Counted from the first letter of the whole stretch, positions 14,040 through 28,133 are shown. The stretch: 63,414 nt of DNA, filler included, from Octopus bimaculoides (GCF_001194135.2; 4 parts of 3 records of this genome joined end to end with filler, not necessarily neighbours in it); one strand, 5' to 3'. Notes: generated by a model not told the origin, from the sequence alone. Numbers and translations are program-made.

Positions 14040-14406
14040 CGTGGCTGTCAGAAAATTTCTGTGACCACATCACTCCTAACATGTGGCTACCTAACTCCCC
14101 AGACTGCAATCCCTTTGATTATTGTGTGTGGGGTGTAGTCTAGCAAGAGACCAACAAAATTCCTTGTAGCACCAAAGATGAACTGAAGGCAAGGATTATG
14201 GTAGCATTCACCAACTTAAACAAGGAGGCTTTCCAGAAGAGTTGCAGGAGATTCTGAATTCATCAGGAGACCATGGTTGAAGCCACTTTTGAGTATTTCA
14301 AGATATTTTTATGTAATTTTGGTAAATATATCTGTTAAAATGAGATGTCAGTGTTAGTTTCATTTTTGCGTAACTTAGATGACATATTTTTCACCGCACC
14401 CTGTGT
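14040..14406 (+). mobile_element. Tc1/mariner (maT/DD37D-like) transposase 3' fragment with TIR
   Basis: WLSENFCDHITPNMWLPNSPDCNPFDYCVWGVV*QETNKIPCSTKDELKARIM (WPPxSPDLNPLDY motif). The end TTTTTCACCGCACCCTGTGTA resembles a TACAGGGTGCGG-type TIR. Confidence 0.8.
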
Positions 14407-14775
14407 ATGTGTGTGTGTACGTGTGTACATGTATGTATATATATATATATATATAGATATATATATATATATATAAATATGTACATTTATGTATGTATAT
14501 GTATGTATATGTATATGTATATATATATATGTATATATNNNNNNNNNNNNNNNNNNNNNNNNNNNNNNNNNNNNNNNNNNNNNNNNNNNNNNNNTATATA
14601 TATATATATACATACATGCAAATATATATGTGTATTTATGTTTATCTATATATAATGTATATATGTAGGTGCAGGTGTAGCTATGTGGTAAAAAGTCTGC
14701 TTTCCAACCACATGGTTCCCGGTTCAGTCTCACAGCATGGAACCTTGGGCAAATATCTTCTACTATAGCCATGGT

Positions 14776-14836
<61 letters not shown>

Positions 14837-15245
14837 AGAGGTGGACAGAGAAGGGAGGAGAGAGAATGAGAAATACAGATATCTACATAAATACTTAAAT
14901 GGAAGAATGGGTGTGTTTCACTGCCGCTAATTAGCCTTCATAAAAACAAAGCTGACCCCAAAAGAAAAACTGATAAGAATGTTATGTTTATTACTCAATG
15001 TAACCATGGAAACCAAAACAAAAAAAACAAAAAGAAGATAATTAAAAAAGAAGCACAATGGCAAGGATGACAAGAAAAAGAAGAAAGAAACGAATTTACT
15101 TTGTGTCATAATGAATGAAAGAGAGGGGGAAAACAACAGCAAAAGCAAAAGGAAAAAAGCTAAATTAAATCGACTAATTAGGGTTACCAAGACAAAGTAA
15201 GATCAAAATTCTTCCAAACTACTGAAATAGATGTGTGTGTGTGTC

Positions 15246-15285
<40 letters not shown>

Positions 15286-16376
15286 GATATGCAAAAATAT
15301 TTGTTTATGTATATATGCATACATACAAACACACACATGATGATGATGATAGTAGTAGTAGTAGGAGGAGGAGAAGGAGGNNNNNNNNNNNNNNNNNNNN
15401 NNNNNNNNNNNNNNNNNNNNNNNNNNNNNNNNNNNNNNNNNNNAGGAGGGGAGGAGGGAGGGGAGGGGAGGGGAGGAGGAACCCATAACAAAACAATGAT
15501 GACAAAAGCAACAATAATATTTCCTTCATTAGCCACAAGGGCTCAAAGAGATACAAAAGAATAAAACTTTCACCTAAAATTACAAGGAAAAAACAGAAAA
15601 TGTTAACTGTAAACAAAAACAAAAAAACAACCCATTTACAAATTATGAAGAGAGGAGTTGAGAGACGTTATATAGTAAATGGACAATATATATTCTTTAG
15701 AGGTATATACACAGACCTGTATGTATACATGCACACACATACATATATAAGGTAAAAGGTTTTATTTTTCATTCCCTTCGAAATTGCTCTTAAATGTGGT
15801 TCTGGACGTTTTGCCTGCTCTTTCTAGCATGTAAGGCTGACTGTTAAGGGTCGCCTCTTTTGTGTTTAAATGTACACATATGCATATATACACACAGATA
15901 TAATATGTAATGTGGTTAAAAACAGAATATTAAAACCATTGTAAGCAAAATTAAACTTAAGCAATATGGATATCCTTCATTGTCCTTCTTTGTCATGTTA
16001 CTCTACCACACTAGTTATCTTAGTGAGAGGTATCTAGAGTTCCTGCACCATTACATGATATATATACATGTATAAAATGTGGGGGTTTAGTTCACAGGTG
16101 ATCTAAATGACTAGGTACGCTGGGTAAGTGCTGTATTGGATTACCAGGGCTTCAAGCTCATAGCCGAGGCGGGACTTATGGAAACATTGTAGATTTCCAA
16201 TATAGTGGATATATATTTGTTAAAGAGGACAACAAACACTAAGGCAAGACAAACATCTTTATGCTTCATTTTTCATCTTTTTCTTCCTTTCTTTATTCCT
16301 TTTCTCCTGTCCTCTTTGTCATTGTTTCATTAATCTAAACACACCAGCATTGGTTGTCAAGTGATGGTGGGGGAAT

Positions 16377-16439
<63 letters not shown>

Positions 16440-16670
16440 GATATATATATACATATACGACAGGTTTCTTTCAGTTTCCATCTACCAAATCCACTCACAA
16501 GACTTTAGTAGAAGGCTGTAGTAGAAGACACTTGCTCAAGGTGCTATGCTGTGGGACTGAACCTGGAACCATGTGGTTGATAAACAAGCTACTTACCACA
16601 CTGCCACTCCTGCGCTTATGTATATATATGTGTGTGTGTGTGTGTGTTTCATAGCGTTTTTTGATTGTCT

Positions 16671-16733
16671 TAATAACTGATGAGATGCCGGAGGAGATTT
16701 CCGCCCTGACATCCGAAACTCAGAGTTTTATTA
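16671..16733 (+). ncRNA. Minimal type I hammerhead ribozyme motif (in short repeat about 16671-16795)
   Basis: Helix I UAAUAA (16671-76) / UUAUUA (16728-33); core CUGAUGA (16677-83); helix II GAUG.../...CAUC; GAAA (16715-18); helix III ACUC-A-GAGU; cleavage triplet GUU with U17 at 16727. Confidence 0.75.
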
Positions 16734-18039
16734 TGGGACCTGAATAATTGTCACATATTTTATTACAGATAAATTCCTCTATTTTCATTGACAACCAATG
16801 CTGATGTGTTTATGTCCAAATCATGGCCATAGTCAAATGACTGAAACGAATAAAAGAATAAAAGAACATATATATACCTGCACATACACACACACACATA
16901 TATATATAATATATATACACACACACATATGGACATATATATATACATATGCCTCGCACACATGTGCTTATATGTACATATATTTATAGTAAATGCCAGC
17001 AATTAAAATGAGACATATTTTAAAGAGCTGAAATGCAAAAGCTTTCTAGTTTTCTTGAATCAGAGCACTTCATGACCCCGTTCATTTAACAGGTTTTCAA
17101 ACTGTGTTTAAGTGCAAGCAAAAACACCATTAATATTTTTGGTACACCTTATGAGAATATGCCTCTTTTAAGTTTTGCTATAATATTTTGATTTTACTTA
17201 TAATCTATGTTTTACCTATTTGTATTCTGAACTTATCTGTGTTATTCTCAATTCTTTGGAGAGTACATGGCACTAGAGATGCATCATTTTCTTTATTTGT
17301 TCGCTTTTCATAGGATGGTAAACCTCAGTTCATTTTCCTTGTTATTGTCCTGAGGAGGAACATTTTGTTCCATTTTTCATTTTCTGTGATTTCCTCTCCT
17401 TTTTTTCCCCCACCTTTCATATTTTTGTCAAGCATTTAGGAATATTCATCGGTAACTGTCGTTTCTTTCTCATCAAACAATCAAAGTGTAGCACCACAAG
17501 AAGGTACAGTTAAGGGTGATTTCTGATACTGAGCCTAAAGGTATTTTCTTTTTGATCCCCAGAGTTTCGGCAGATGGTGCTCTGGAAACTGGTGTTTGTT
17601 ATTTTCTTTGCTGTATTAGTTTTGTTTTCTTTGTTTTGTTTACTCTTCCCAATTCTTCCATACACCCAGTCCTAAAGTGTGTTTCATTCTGACAAATCTA
17701 ACAACTATGCTTTCTGGCATAAATCATTAATCTTATACCTATGTCTTGGAGTCTTCCACTAGATACAGTTCCAATTAAGGGTCTCTGATATTTTTGCATG
17801 TCATTAGGATATTGACATCTCCTAGGATACTTTGACCCTTTTCAACAGAAAATCACAACTAGCCATGCATCTATGTTGTATCTTAACCCATGCATAAATA
17901 TATAGCCAGAAGGATACCTGACAATTTCAACCTGTATTTTGGTTCTATAAGTACAGCATATCGTTTCACAGATGTTGCTTTTTTCTGATGTTATAATTTC
18001 TCCTAAGTTCTGAGAACTAATTACACCAGGTTCCAAATA

Positions 18040-18785
18040 GATAAGAGTAGCGAATCACCCCTTTGTAGGATGTATGGCAGTAGAAATGAAACAACCTCAC
18101 ATATTGTGAGTGAGTGTAGCAAGTTGGCCCCAAAAGCACAACAAAAGGAGGTATGATAATGTGGCTAAGTTCGTCCACTGGAGGCTATGTGAAAAGTACG
18201 GCCTGAACAGAACACGGAAATGTTACGAACATGAACCAGGAGGAGTCACCGAGAACAATGAATATAAGATAACGTGGGGTTTTACAATCCAATGTGACTC
18301 CCTAATTGAGGCTTGGAGACCAGATATTGTGGTAGATAAAGGAAAAAAGGAAATCAAGATTATAGATATTGCAATACCTGGAGATGCATGCATAAGTGAC
18401 AAAGAACTAGAAAAGATTGGAAAGTACAGACTACTAAAAGATGAAATTTCAAGAATATGGACTATGAGGAGAGTGTCTGTCATTCCAGTAGTTGTAGGGA
18501 CACTTGGAACACTAACAGCCAAGTTTGAGAAATATGTCAAAGAAATTGGAATTAAAATGGGAGCAGAGTAAGTCCAAAACACTGCTCTGCTGGAAACAGC
18601 TAAGAATTTGAGATTGGTACATGGATGTTGAATGTCTCCCACGATAATTAACAACCAAGTATCAAAGCTTATAATGTGCGGAAAGAGATCCTGTGAGACC
18701 TCTGACAGCAAGATGCTGTCTGCTCTCACAGAATCTACCAGAACAAACAAGACCAAACGTTCTGGGAAGTAAAACAATAACATGC
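18040..18785 (+). mobile_element. R4/Dong-type non-LTR retrotransposon 3' fragment (CCHC plus restriction-like endonuclease)
   Basis: CRMYGSRNETTSHIVSECSKLA (decayed CCHC), KRRYDNVAKFVHWRLCEKYG, WGFTIQCDSLIEAWRPDIVVDKGKKEIKIIDIAIPGD...KELEKIGKY (PD..D RLE motif), VIPVVVGTLG, then QNTALLETAKNLRLV and a short 3' UTR. Confidence 0.9.
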
Positions 18786-21532
18786 TTTATTACAGGTAAT
18801 AACACCTGAGAAAATATTCTAATTAGTTTTAAAAAGGTAGAGTGGTGTGTAAAGGAAATTTGGTTGTTGTTTCTCTCAGTTCTTCCTTTCATTTAATATG
18901 TGGAGCTGGTTCTTTGGACAACTCCAAGAGATGTGTATGCAAAATGATCTTGAACTTGTTTTTATCACAAGCAAGAACAGTTGGTTCTATATTAGATACT
19001 TTTGGAAAGTGACAGGAAAAATATAGAATATGAAGATGAAAACACCAGCTTATGAAGACAGAATATGTTATTGACTAGAATGTCATTTGTGTCAGAAGTT
19101 TTTGGCAAAAACTAAGGATACGGTAATATTAGAAAAGAGATTGATGAAAGTAACAGAAAAGGAAACATTTTTAAATTTCTAAAATGAATTATTATAATAA
19201 TTAAATTATTCTAGATTATTGGTTTCAAATTTTGATACAAGGCCAGCAATTTTGGGGGAGGGGAAAATCAATTACTTAACTGCTACTTATTTTACTGACT
19301 CCAAAAGGAAGAAAAACAAAGTCAACCTCAGACAAATTTGAACTCAGAACATGAAGATAAACAAAATGCTGCAAAGCATTTTGCATGGCATTCTAGCAAT
19401 TCTGCCAGCCTGCCATGTTACATATGAAAGAATTATTCTAAAATAATAGCGCTGCTCTGCACTACAGTTGGAATTCTAAATTACGGGTCTTAAAATCTTT
19501 ATCCGTCATCATCCTAATTCGATGGTTTGATAAATCAAAACAGAAATACTTTCCACTGCCTCTTCCTCTTCCTCACAAGGATTTTTCCCTGTTTCCACTT
19601 TCCAAGTTCCCTTGGCAGGCTTTTGTTTGGCCAAGGCTTTAGCAGAAGCCATTTGCTGAAGGTGCCATGTAAAGAAACGGAACTGCTTCTGATGCAAACT
19701 TCTTAGACACATATCTATTCCGGCATTGCCAGCTTTCATCATCGTCATCGTCATAATTTAATGCCCATTTTCCATGCTGGCATGGGTTGCACAGTTCGAC
19801 AGGAGCTAGCAAAGCCAGAGCACTGCACCAATCTCCATTGTCTGTTTTGGGAAGGTCTCTACAGCTGGATCCCTTCCTAATGCCAACTGCTTTACAGAGT
19901 GTACTGGGGGGCTTTTTATGTGTCACCATCACAGGAGCCTTTTATGTGGTGCCATCACCAGTGTTCTTTATGTGACACCAGTACAGGTGCTTTTTACATT
20001 TAGAAATTCTGTTTCTGAGTTCAAATTGAATATGAAACCATGAATACACTCAAAAATAAGAAACTGATGATTATTAAAATTTCGATTCTATCGTAATATA
20101 AATGTATGAGGTGAATAGTTCAGAAAGCATTAATTAAAAAGAAAGGTGTTTATTTTCAAGTAAAAATGTCTACTTTCAAGATGCCATATTGATACTAAAT
20201 TATCCTTTCTCTCTTAAACACACAAGATGTCCAAATTCCCATAATTCAAGCATTACTATATAGAGTTAGTTTGAAAAAGAGATTAGCATTTTTTCATGGA
20301 AACACTTCTTTTTAATTTCCTATTTTCAACTGATGGCGACAGATTAGAAATAATTGTGCAAAGATGGTGCTAAGATAATTCTAAATTACATTGACCCACA
20401 GTAGCACGTTCAATTTCAAAACAAATCTGTTATATAATTGTCAACATTCTGTTTCATTTGATTATTGCATTCCTTTCTGCCTTTTAAATTGCTTAACAGC
20501 TGCACACAATGGCATTTATTGAATTCCACTCATTCCATATTGTTTCTTTTTTTATCCAAGTGGCATATATGAATACATCATTTATAAAAGTACAAATTTC
20601 TAGGGTTTTATGAACATTTATTCTCTGACAGACTTCCTAAATGTCTGCGAATATTTCAGGAACCTTGTAATCTAATCTTCCAGTAAAATAACTATTAGAG
20701 CCTAGATTCATTGATTATAAGATGCATGAGCACAATGGTTCTGAGGTTATAGTGATGACTAAATGGCCAATAGTGCAAACCTTACTGGGGTCATTGCCTT
20801 GTACTGTTAAGGAACAGTACAAAACTATGCTTCCTCCAGTTTTCTTGATAGGGAAATATTGCTACTCATATTTCATAGTTAAGTGCTGTATGGCTTGGAA
20901 AGGTTTACACCTGAAAAGTCAATTGCTTCAGTATGCAATCATGCTCATAGTTTCTTTTTACTTTGAGACAAGTACACGCATTGCTTCATGTAAAATATTA
21001 GATTATCGATAAAAACAAATATTTTTGTGGTTAAAATCTAAAGAGGATTCATGTTCTTTCCATCGACTTCAACTCAGACGAGGAATCACACTGTTCATTA
21101 CCATCATCATCATCATCATCATCATCTTTTAATGTCCTCCTTCCATGCTGGCATGGGTTGGATGGTTTGACAGGAGCTAGTCTGGCAGAAGACTGCACCA
21201 GATTTCTGTGTCTGTTTTGGCATGATTTTTATGGCCGATGCCCTCCCTAATACCATCCATCCCACAGAGCAAGCTGAGTGCTTTTGACATGGCACCGGCA
21301 CATGAAGAAAAAAATCAAGTGAAGGAGCTTCTATGTGGCAACTCAATTTCCTAGAAATTTCAGCTAAATCTTTCTCTCAAATTAAACCTTTCACTATTAA
21401 ATTTTAATATTTAGGGCACACTGGATAATGCATTTCTCAACCAGGGCTTCCCAGAACCCTAAAGTTCTGCAAAAAGTTCCTAGGGGTTCTGCAAGAAAGA
21501 GTGAGATAAGCTAATGCTAATTTGATGATATA

Positions 21533-21563
<31 letters not shown>

Positions 21564-24500
21564 GATATTTACTATGTGAACTACGATGCAAAAAAGATAT
21601 GGTATATAAATTTTTTTGTGCAGGGGTTCCTTGAGACATGCATTTTATTTTAAGGATTACAGAAGGGTAAAATGGTTGAAAAACATTGGGGTAATGTATT
21701 TTCAGATACACTGTTTGAATAGAAGACGCAGTGTCTTACAGTAAGAATTTGATGACAGGCAATTCTACTCACTCATTACAAATCTGGGGTCAAATAACAT
21801 AACAGATAATCAAACGAATGCATGAGCCTCCACAATGCCACTCACTCTGCTAGAAATAGCAAGTAAATCTTCCACAACAACAAAAAAAGAAGTACAAGTT
21901 AGAAAACTACCCTGTGTGTGAAAATAAGATGCAATGTTTACAGCTGGAAGACTTCTGGTATGATATGAGGGAGATATTGATGGTTATTTGTAGCAAACTG
22001 AGATACCGCATAGAGGACCACTGAATGGTTAAATTTATGGTTCTGTTTATTGATTTATCAAACCAAGATATTTCCCTCAATATAAAAAAAATTAATTTAC
22101 AGAAATCAAATTGTTGTCCTTAAAACATCTTCTGTCATCTCCATTAATGCAGGTTATTCCATTGCAAGTGATATCATTATCTCTTTTGGTATTGCTTCCA
22201 TTCCAGTAAACGGTAGAGGGGGTGGTTGGGGGAGCTGCCTCTACTTGACACGTTACATTGAGGGGGAAACTTCCCAAACTGTCCTGTTTACTCATAACAC
22301 AATGCTTCTTCTTTATTTCCCTGGAGGAATAAATTGAATGTCCATATATCTTCCAGGTCTTATATAGAACTGGGGGGGGGGGCAAATAATTGGATGAAAT
22401 TAATAAAATTAGCGGTGAAATGGGTGTGTGCATGGATGTGAAACACTGACATTATGATAGTTTCCAGGTTGCTGTTGCTTAGCATTTGGTTAGCCTGATT
22501 GAGCAGTGCTCAAAGGCATTCCAACCATGGTTATCCAGTCTAATTTCTCTTTCTTTTTTCAGGGCTAGGCACAGGCATGGCTGTGCGGTAAGAAGTTCTA
22601 CGTTCAATCCCATTGTGTAACACCTTGGGCATTCGGTGAGTGGATTTGGTAACAGGAAACTGAAAGGAGCCTCTCATATATGTGTGTGTGTTTGTGTGTG
22701 TTTGTGTGTGTTCGTGTGTGCATGTATATGTGTGCATGCATGTGTCAATGTGTGTGTGTTTGTGTGAATTTATGTGTGTGTGTGTGCCTGTGTGTCTGTG
22801 TGTATTTTTGTATTTGACCCCCACCCTTGCTAGACAACTAGTGTTGGTGTCTTTACAACCCCCATAACTTAGTAGTTTAGCAAAAGGGATTGATAGAATA
22901 AGTGCCAGGCTTAAAAAAAAAAAAATATGGGGTCAATTCATTCAACATAGAAGCTTGTCAAGGTGCTGCCCCAGCATGGCCACAGTCTAATGACTAAAGC
23001 AAAAATGAAAAGACAACAGTGCACCAAGACCTTCATTATTTAGTGTTCTGCATCTTTCTTGTTTTTTGGTCCTATGGCACAGGAGTGGCTGTGTGGTAAG
23101 AAGCTTGCTTACCAACCACATGGTTCCAGGTTCAGTTCCACTGAGTGGCACCTTGGGCAAGTGTTTTCTACTNNNNNNNNNNCTACGCTCTTCAACAGAA
23201 AGAATACGGAGACAAGGAGAAAAACACGGAGAAAAAAAAAAAATTGAATAGTGTTCAGTCAACGGTCAATCATAATAATATATATGTATGTATGTATATG
23301 TTTGTGTGTCTGTGTTTGTCCCCCCACCATCTCTTGACAATCGATGCTGGTGTGTTCACGTCCCCATAACTTAGTGGTTTGGCAAAAAGGAATGATAGAA
23401 TAAGTACTAGGCTTTCAAAGAATAAGCCCTGGGGTCGATTTGCTCGACTAAAGGCGGTGCTCCAGCATGGCCACATTCAAATGACTGAAAGATGTAAAAG
23501 AAAAAGAAGCAAAACAAAAAACAGCAGAGATTGACTTCTGACTGGTCTAGCGATCAAATAGAAGCTTTTGATTAAGTCAACAGTCTTAGTGGTTAGAGAC
23601 ATTGCTGAAAGAGTGGAGGTAATATATGCAGGCAAAAATGGCCATAAACTTCATCGAGACAAATTTATTATTCATTTTCAAACAAATGACCTTTGTGTAT
23701 TCATCAAAAATACTTGCTTTAATCTCAGCTGGGATATTAGTTACGAGACCTCAAAGAGTATTATTCAATTCATTTCATATAAATTTCTGAATTTTCTATT
23801 TGGGTTTAAAATTAACTAATTAGAACATATACATCTTCAGCACATTTCTATACTATAATCTTCATAGAGAATATTTATATATATATATATATACACACAC
23901 ATATATGTATGTGTGTGTGTTTGTATACACATAAATGCATATATATANNNNNNNNNNNNNNNNNNNNNNNNNNNNNNNNNNNNNNNNNNNNNNNNNNNNN
24001 NNNNNNNNNNNNNNNNNNNNNNNNNNNNNNNNNNNNNNNNNNNNNNNNNNNNNNNNNNNNNNNNNNNNNNNNNNNNNNNNNNNNNNNNNNNNNNNNNNNN
24101 NNNNNNNNNNNNNNNNNNNNNNNNNNNNNNNNNNNNNNNNNNNNNNNNNNNNNNNNNNNNNNNNNNNNNNNNNNNNNNNNNNNNNNNNNNNNNNNNNNNN
24201 NNNNNNNNNNNNNNNNNNNNNNNNNNNNNNNNNNNNNNNNNNNNNNNNNNNNNNNNNNNNNNNNNNNNNNNNNNNNNNNNNNNNNNNNNNNNNNNNNNNN
24301 NNNNNNNNNNNNNNNNNNNNNNNNNNNNNNNNNNNNNNNNNNNNNNNNNNNNNNNNNNNNNNNNNNNNNNNNNNNNNNNNNNNNNNNNNNNNNNNNNNNN
24401 NNNNNNNNNNNNNNNNNNNNNNNNNNNNNNNNNNNNNNNNNNNNNNNNNNNNNNNNNNNNNNNNNNNNNNNNNNNNNNNNNNNNNNNNNNNNNNNNNNNN

Positions 24501-25272
24501 NNNNNNNNNNNNNNNNNNNNNNNNNNNNNNNNNNNNNNNNNNNNNNNNNNNNNNNNNNNNNNNNNNNNNNNNNNNNNNNNNNNNNNNNNNNNNNNNNNNN
24601 NNNNNNNNNNNNNNNNNNNNNNNNNNNNNNNNNNNNNNNNNNNNNNNNNNNNNNNNNNNNNNNNNNNNNNNNNNNNNNNNNNNNNNNNNNNNNNNNNNNN
24701 NNNNNNNNNNNNNNNNNNNNNNNNNNNNNNNNNNNNNNNNNNNNNNNNNNNNNNNNNNNNNNNNNNNNNNNNNNNNNNNNNNNNNNNNNNNNNNNNNNNN
24801 NNNNNNNNNNNNNNNNNNNNTATATATATATATACACACACATATATATATCTATGGTATGCACAATCAAAGCAATATAGCCATCTATGTATCATACTAA
24901 ATCTATACACACAGTCAATGGGCCAGTTACTGTAGTATTTGCTTTGAGGTAACACCTCTTATGGATTTGCTGTCTTAAAAATACAATAAATATCAGAAAG
25001 ATATATAAATTTGCCCCTGCTGTGGCCAGCAGGAGCACCAGATGAATTTTTGCATTTTTGGACCTTTTCAGTGCAGTGTACTTGCAGCCAGCCACATTTT
25101 CAAAGGAGAATTCTTCATTTCTGATACAGGAAGGAGTGAATAAGATATTCACTGGTGTTGCAAATAACTGTTTGGTCAATCTTAGTAAAGTTATGAAGAA
25201 ACAAACTCACTGGGTAACCGAACCTTAGATATGCCATATATATAGTATTTATCTACATCTAAATCTACACAT

Positions 25273-25314
<42 letters not shown>

Positions 25315-26700
25315 ACACTCCCACATACACACACACAAATACACTTTCTTGCATACACACACATAATAGAAAGACAGATAGATAGATAGATAGATACATA
25401 CATACATACATACATACATACATACATACATACATACATACATACGTGTATTTTAGATTTTAGTCAACATTCAGGGATTCCACAAACCCTGTGGAATAAA
25501 TCCTGTGATTATTAAGATTAATTAAACTGATGTAATTACAGTATCAATTATAAACAACAAAACACCATTCTTTAGAATTTTTGTAGACTTTCAAGGGTTC
25601 TATGTAGTTCCTGTCTTGCAGTTGGTTAACCAACAAGAGTTATAGGAAATTTCACCGTAGACATTTTATTGTAGGAAAATTTCATCATAAGCAATTTCAT
25701 TTTAAATAACCTCATCACATTCTTTTAATGTTTGATGTTGAATAAAGACTTACTTTTAATAAACCTTTAATCATTGTTTATAAAGAAGAAATGCTAATAT
25801 AATACACTTCATCATTGTCCTTTTAGCAAATTATCTTATGGCAAAATTCCTGGTGGTGAATTTTGCAGACATGGCCAACAACAAGGCTGAAGTATACGGA
25901 CAGTTGGAAAGAGACAGCAATTAACTTAAGCTTTTGTTTGCTTACAATTTGACCAGCTCTGAGTGTCTTATGAAACTTTTGAAACTCTTGCCTTTGTAAA
26001 CGACAAACAGAATGGTAAGGGACAATAAATGCTTCTGTAGTTTAGTCTTTCTCTCCGATTTATGATATACACACTTTAATTTATACTTATTCAGTAAGAT
26101 ACAAACATACACTATTAATATCCAGCACAAGTCCACATCCTCAAACAAAAGAAGAGTCTATATATTTAAACAAATGAACTAATATATTCACCGGATTAAT
26201 ATTGAATTCACTCATTTTTACTTTCTATTTAATATTCTAATAACACTTTATTATAATTTAAATGCACAAAGTCAGATGAAACAGGTTCAAATTCTATAAC
26301 TATTTTAGGTAATTAAATGGCTGTATCTGAGAACTATAAAAATACATCAGAAAGCTTTTCTACAATCTATATTAATTTCATGAGCAAGCTGTTTTGTTGA
26401 TTTTATCAACTGGAACCTTTGATAAAACCCATATTTATTTCCTAGCACGCTAACATTTTTCCCATGTCCAGACATGTTTACAATGAAAATAAGAAATAAA
26501 TTAAATTTATTTACATCATCATCATCATCATCTTTTAGTGTCCATTTTCCATCCTTGCACACCTCTTGTGCCCAGCTTTACTCTCAGGGTGCTTACATTC
26601 TGTTGTGCATGCACATTAGCACTGCACATCCAGCGAAGTATACTAGCTTCATTTCTTACAAACCTACACATGTTCTCAGTGGGCACAATCCCTACTTAAG

Positions 26701-26929
26701 AGCAGTTAAGAGCACGGGCTACTAACCCCAAGATTCAGAGTTCGATTCCAAGCAGTGACCTGAATACTAATAATAACATCGAAAAATACCTTAGGAATGA
26801 GAACCCAGGTTCGAAATTTCCCCAAGACACCTGAAGAAGGCTGGAGAGTATATCAGCCGAAACATTGTGTTAACAACAAACAAGACAAGGACAAATATCC
26901 ATCAAATGTAAATAATGTAAATAATGTAC
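26701..26929 (+). mobile_element. tRNA-headed short element carrying a hammerhead-like motif
   Basis: Anticodon-arm-like GGG-CTACTAA-CCC (26716-28), B-box GAGTTCGATTCC (26738-49), hammerhead-like motif at 26826-26871, and a TGTAAATAA repeated tail. Confidence 0.65.
26826..26871 (+). ncRNA. Minimal type I hammerhead-like motif (probably decayed at helix III)
   Basis: GACAC-CUGAAGA-A-GGCUG-gagaguauau-CAGCC-GAAA-CAU-U-GUGUU. Helix I is ACAC/GUGU, helix II has 5 bp, and helix III reads ACAU where a palindromic ACGU is expected (a CpG-type change). Confidence 0.6.
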
Positions 26930-27058
26930 AACCCCTACTTGTACCCTGTGAGTCCATTACCCAGGCCATCATTCATCACCCAACATGTTTTTATGTTGGG
27001 AAAATTCTATGTAAACTGATCTGTTTGTGATGAGAGGATTCCGTAAACCATATTTCCA

Positions 27059-27103
<45 letters not shown>

Positions 27104-27417
27104 TGTGTGTGTGTGTGTTTCAATTAAATGTAAGGATAAAATTTATATACGAATCTATCGAGTAGCCAGCATGTAAAACCAATTAAGGTAAAAAATTAAT
27201 ACCAAGTATATAATTTCTTAAAATACAATATTACATTAAGGGTTGTTGCGATAAGTAAGCAAGTGTGTATATTTTGATAAAGTAGTTTGACTTTAGCATC
27301 TCTTTCTGGCATTTGGCTTTACTTATAGTCACATCCCTTAATGTAATAATTATATATATATATGTATATATATATACACATATATACACATATATGCTTA
27401 TCTATATACATATATAC

Positions 27418-27459
<42 letters not shown>

Positions 27460-28078
27460 GCGCACACACATATACATCCATATATACATCTGTGTGTGCG
27501 TGTGTGTGTGTGTAAACATACGTATCTCAATATCGATACATATGAAAATATCATTGGACGTACTGAATTAATATAGCTTCATAAGTTAAGCATTTCATTT
27601 GTTTATTCTTTTTAAAAGTGATATATGTACAGAATTAAACTCTAAAATATTTAAGAATTCCATTATTAAAATATTGTGAAGTTAATCTACAGGAAGAATA
27701 TTGCTTATTACATTATCATATTAATAATTATATTGATTTAAATATCTTGAAAAGAATTTACATATATATATATATATGTATGTATATATATATATATATA
27801 TATAGGGATTAATCTTCTATCTTCGCTCCTTTGCGCCACATGGGCTCAACTCCCCTCCACTCTTCATCTAACCCCCTCCTCCTGTCTCTCTCCCCCACCC
27901 TCCCTCCTACCACCCATCTCTCCCNNNNNNNNNNNNNNNNNNNNNNNNNNNNNNNNNNNNNNNNNNNNTTAATTAATTAANNNNNNNNNNNNNNNNNNNN
28001 NNNNNNNNNNNNNNNNNNNNNNNNGAGACAAACATGGACACAAAGACACACACATAGATAAACATATATATATACATG

Positions 28079-28133
<55 letters not shown>

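Noticed and set aside
14830-16200. Purine-skewed, slightly CpG-richer stretch as a possible internal promoter
   Set aside because: No specific promoter element or first exon can be identified, and low-complexity sequence explains the skew.
20631-20690. Acceptor followed by LPKCLRIFQEPCNLIFQ, faintly like the BAR-domain ELPK motif
   Set aside because: An in-frame stop follows, there is no good donor, and the similarity is limited to three residues.
22092-22433. 113-aa minus-strand ORF and 83-95-aa ORFs at 23568 and 24892
   Set aside because: There are no family motifs or splice support, and the lengths are compatible with chance in this composition.
26701-26760. Possible tRNA-Ser gene, and other tRNA-like heads (9478, 2047)
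   Set aside because: There is no complete acceptor or T stem, and the sequence continues into repeat bodies. These are SINE heads.
27969-27980. TTAATTAATTAA islands inside N runs (also 55623-55634 and 60130-60141)
   Set aside because: The same palindromic 12-mer with stops in all six frames is embedded in gaps each time. It is an assembly or masking linker, not biology.
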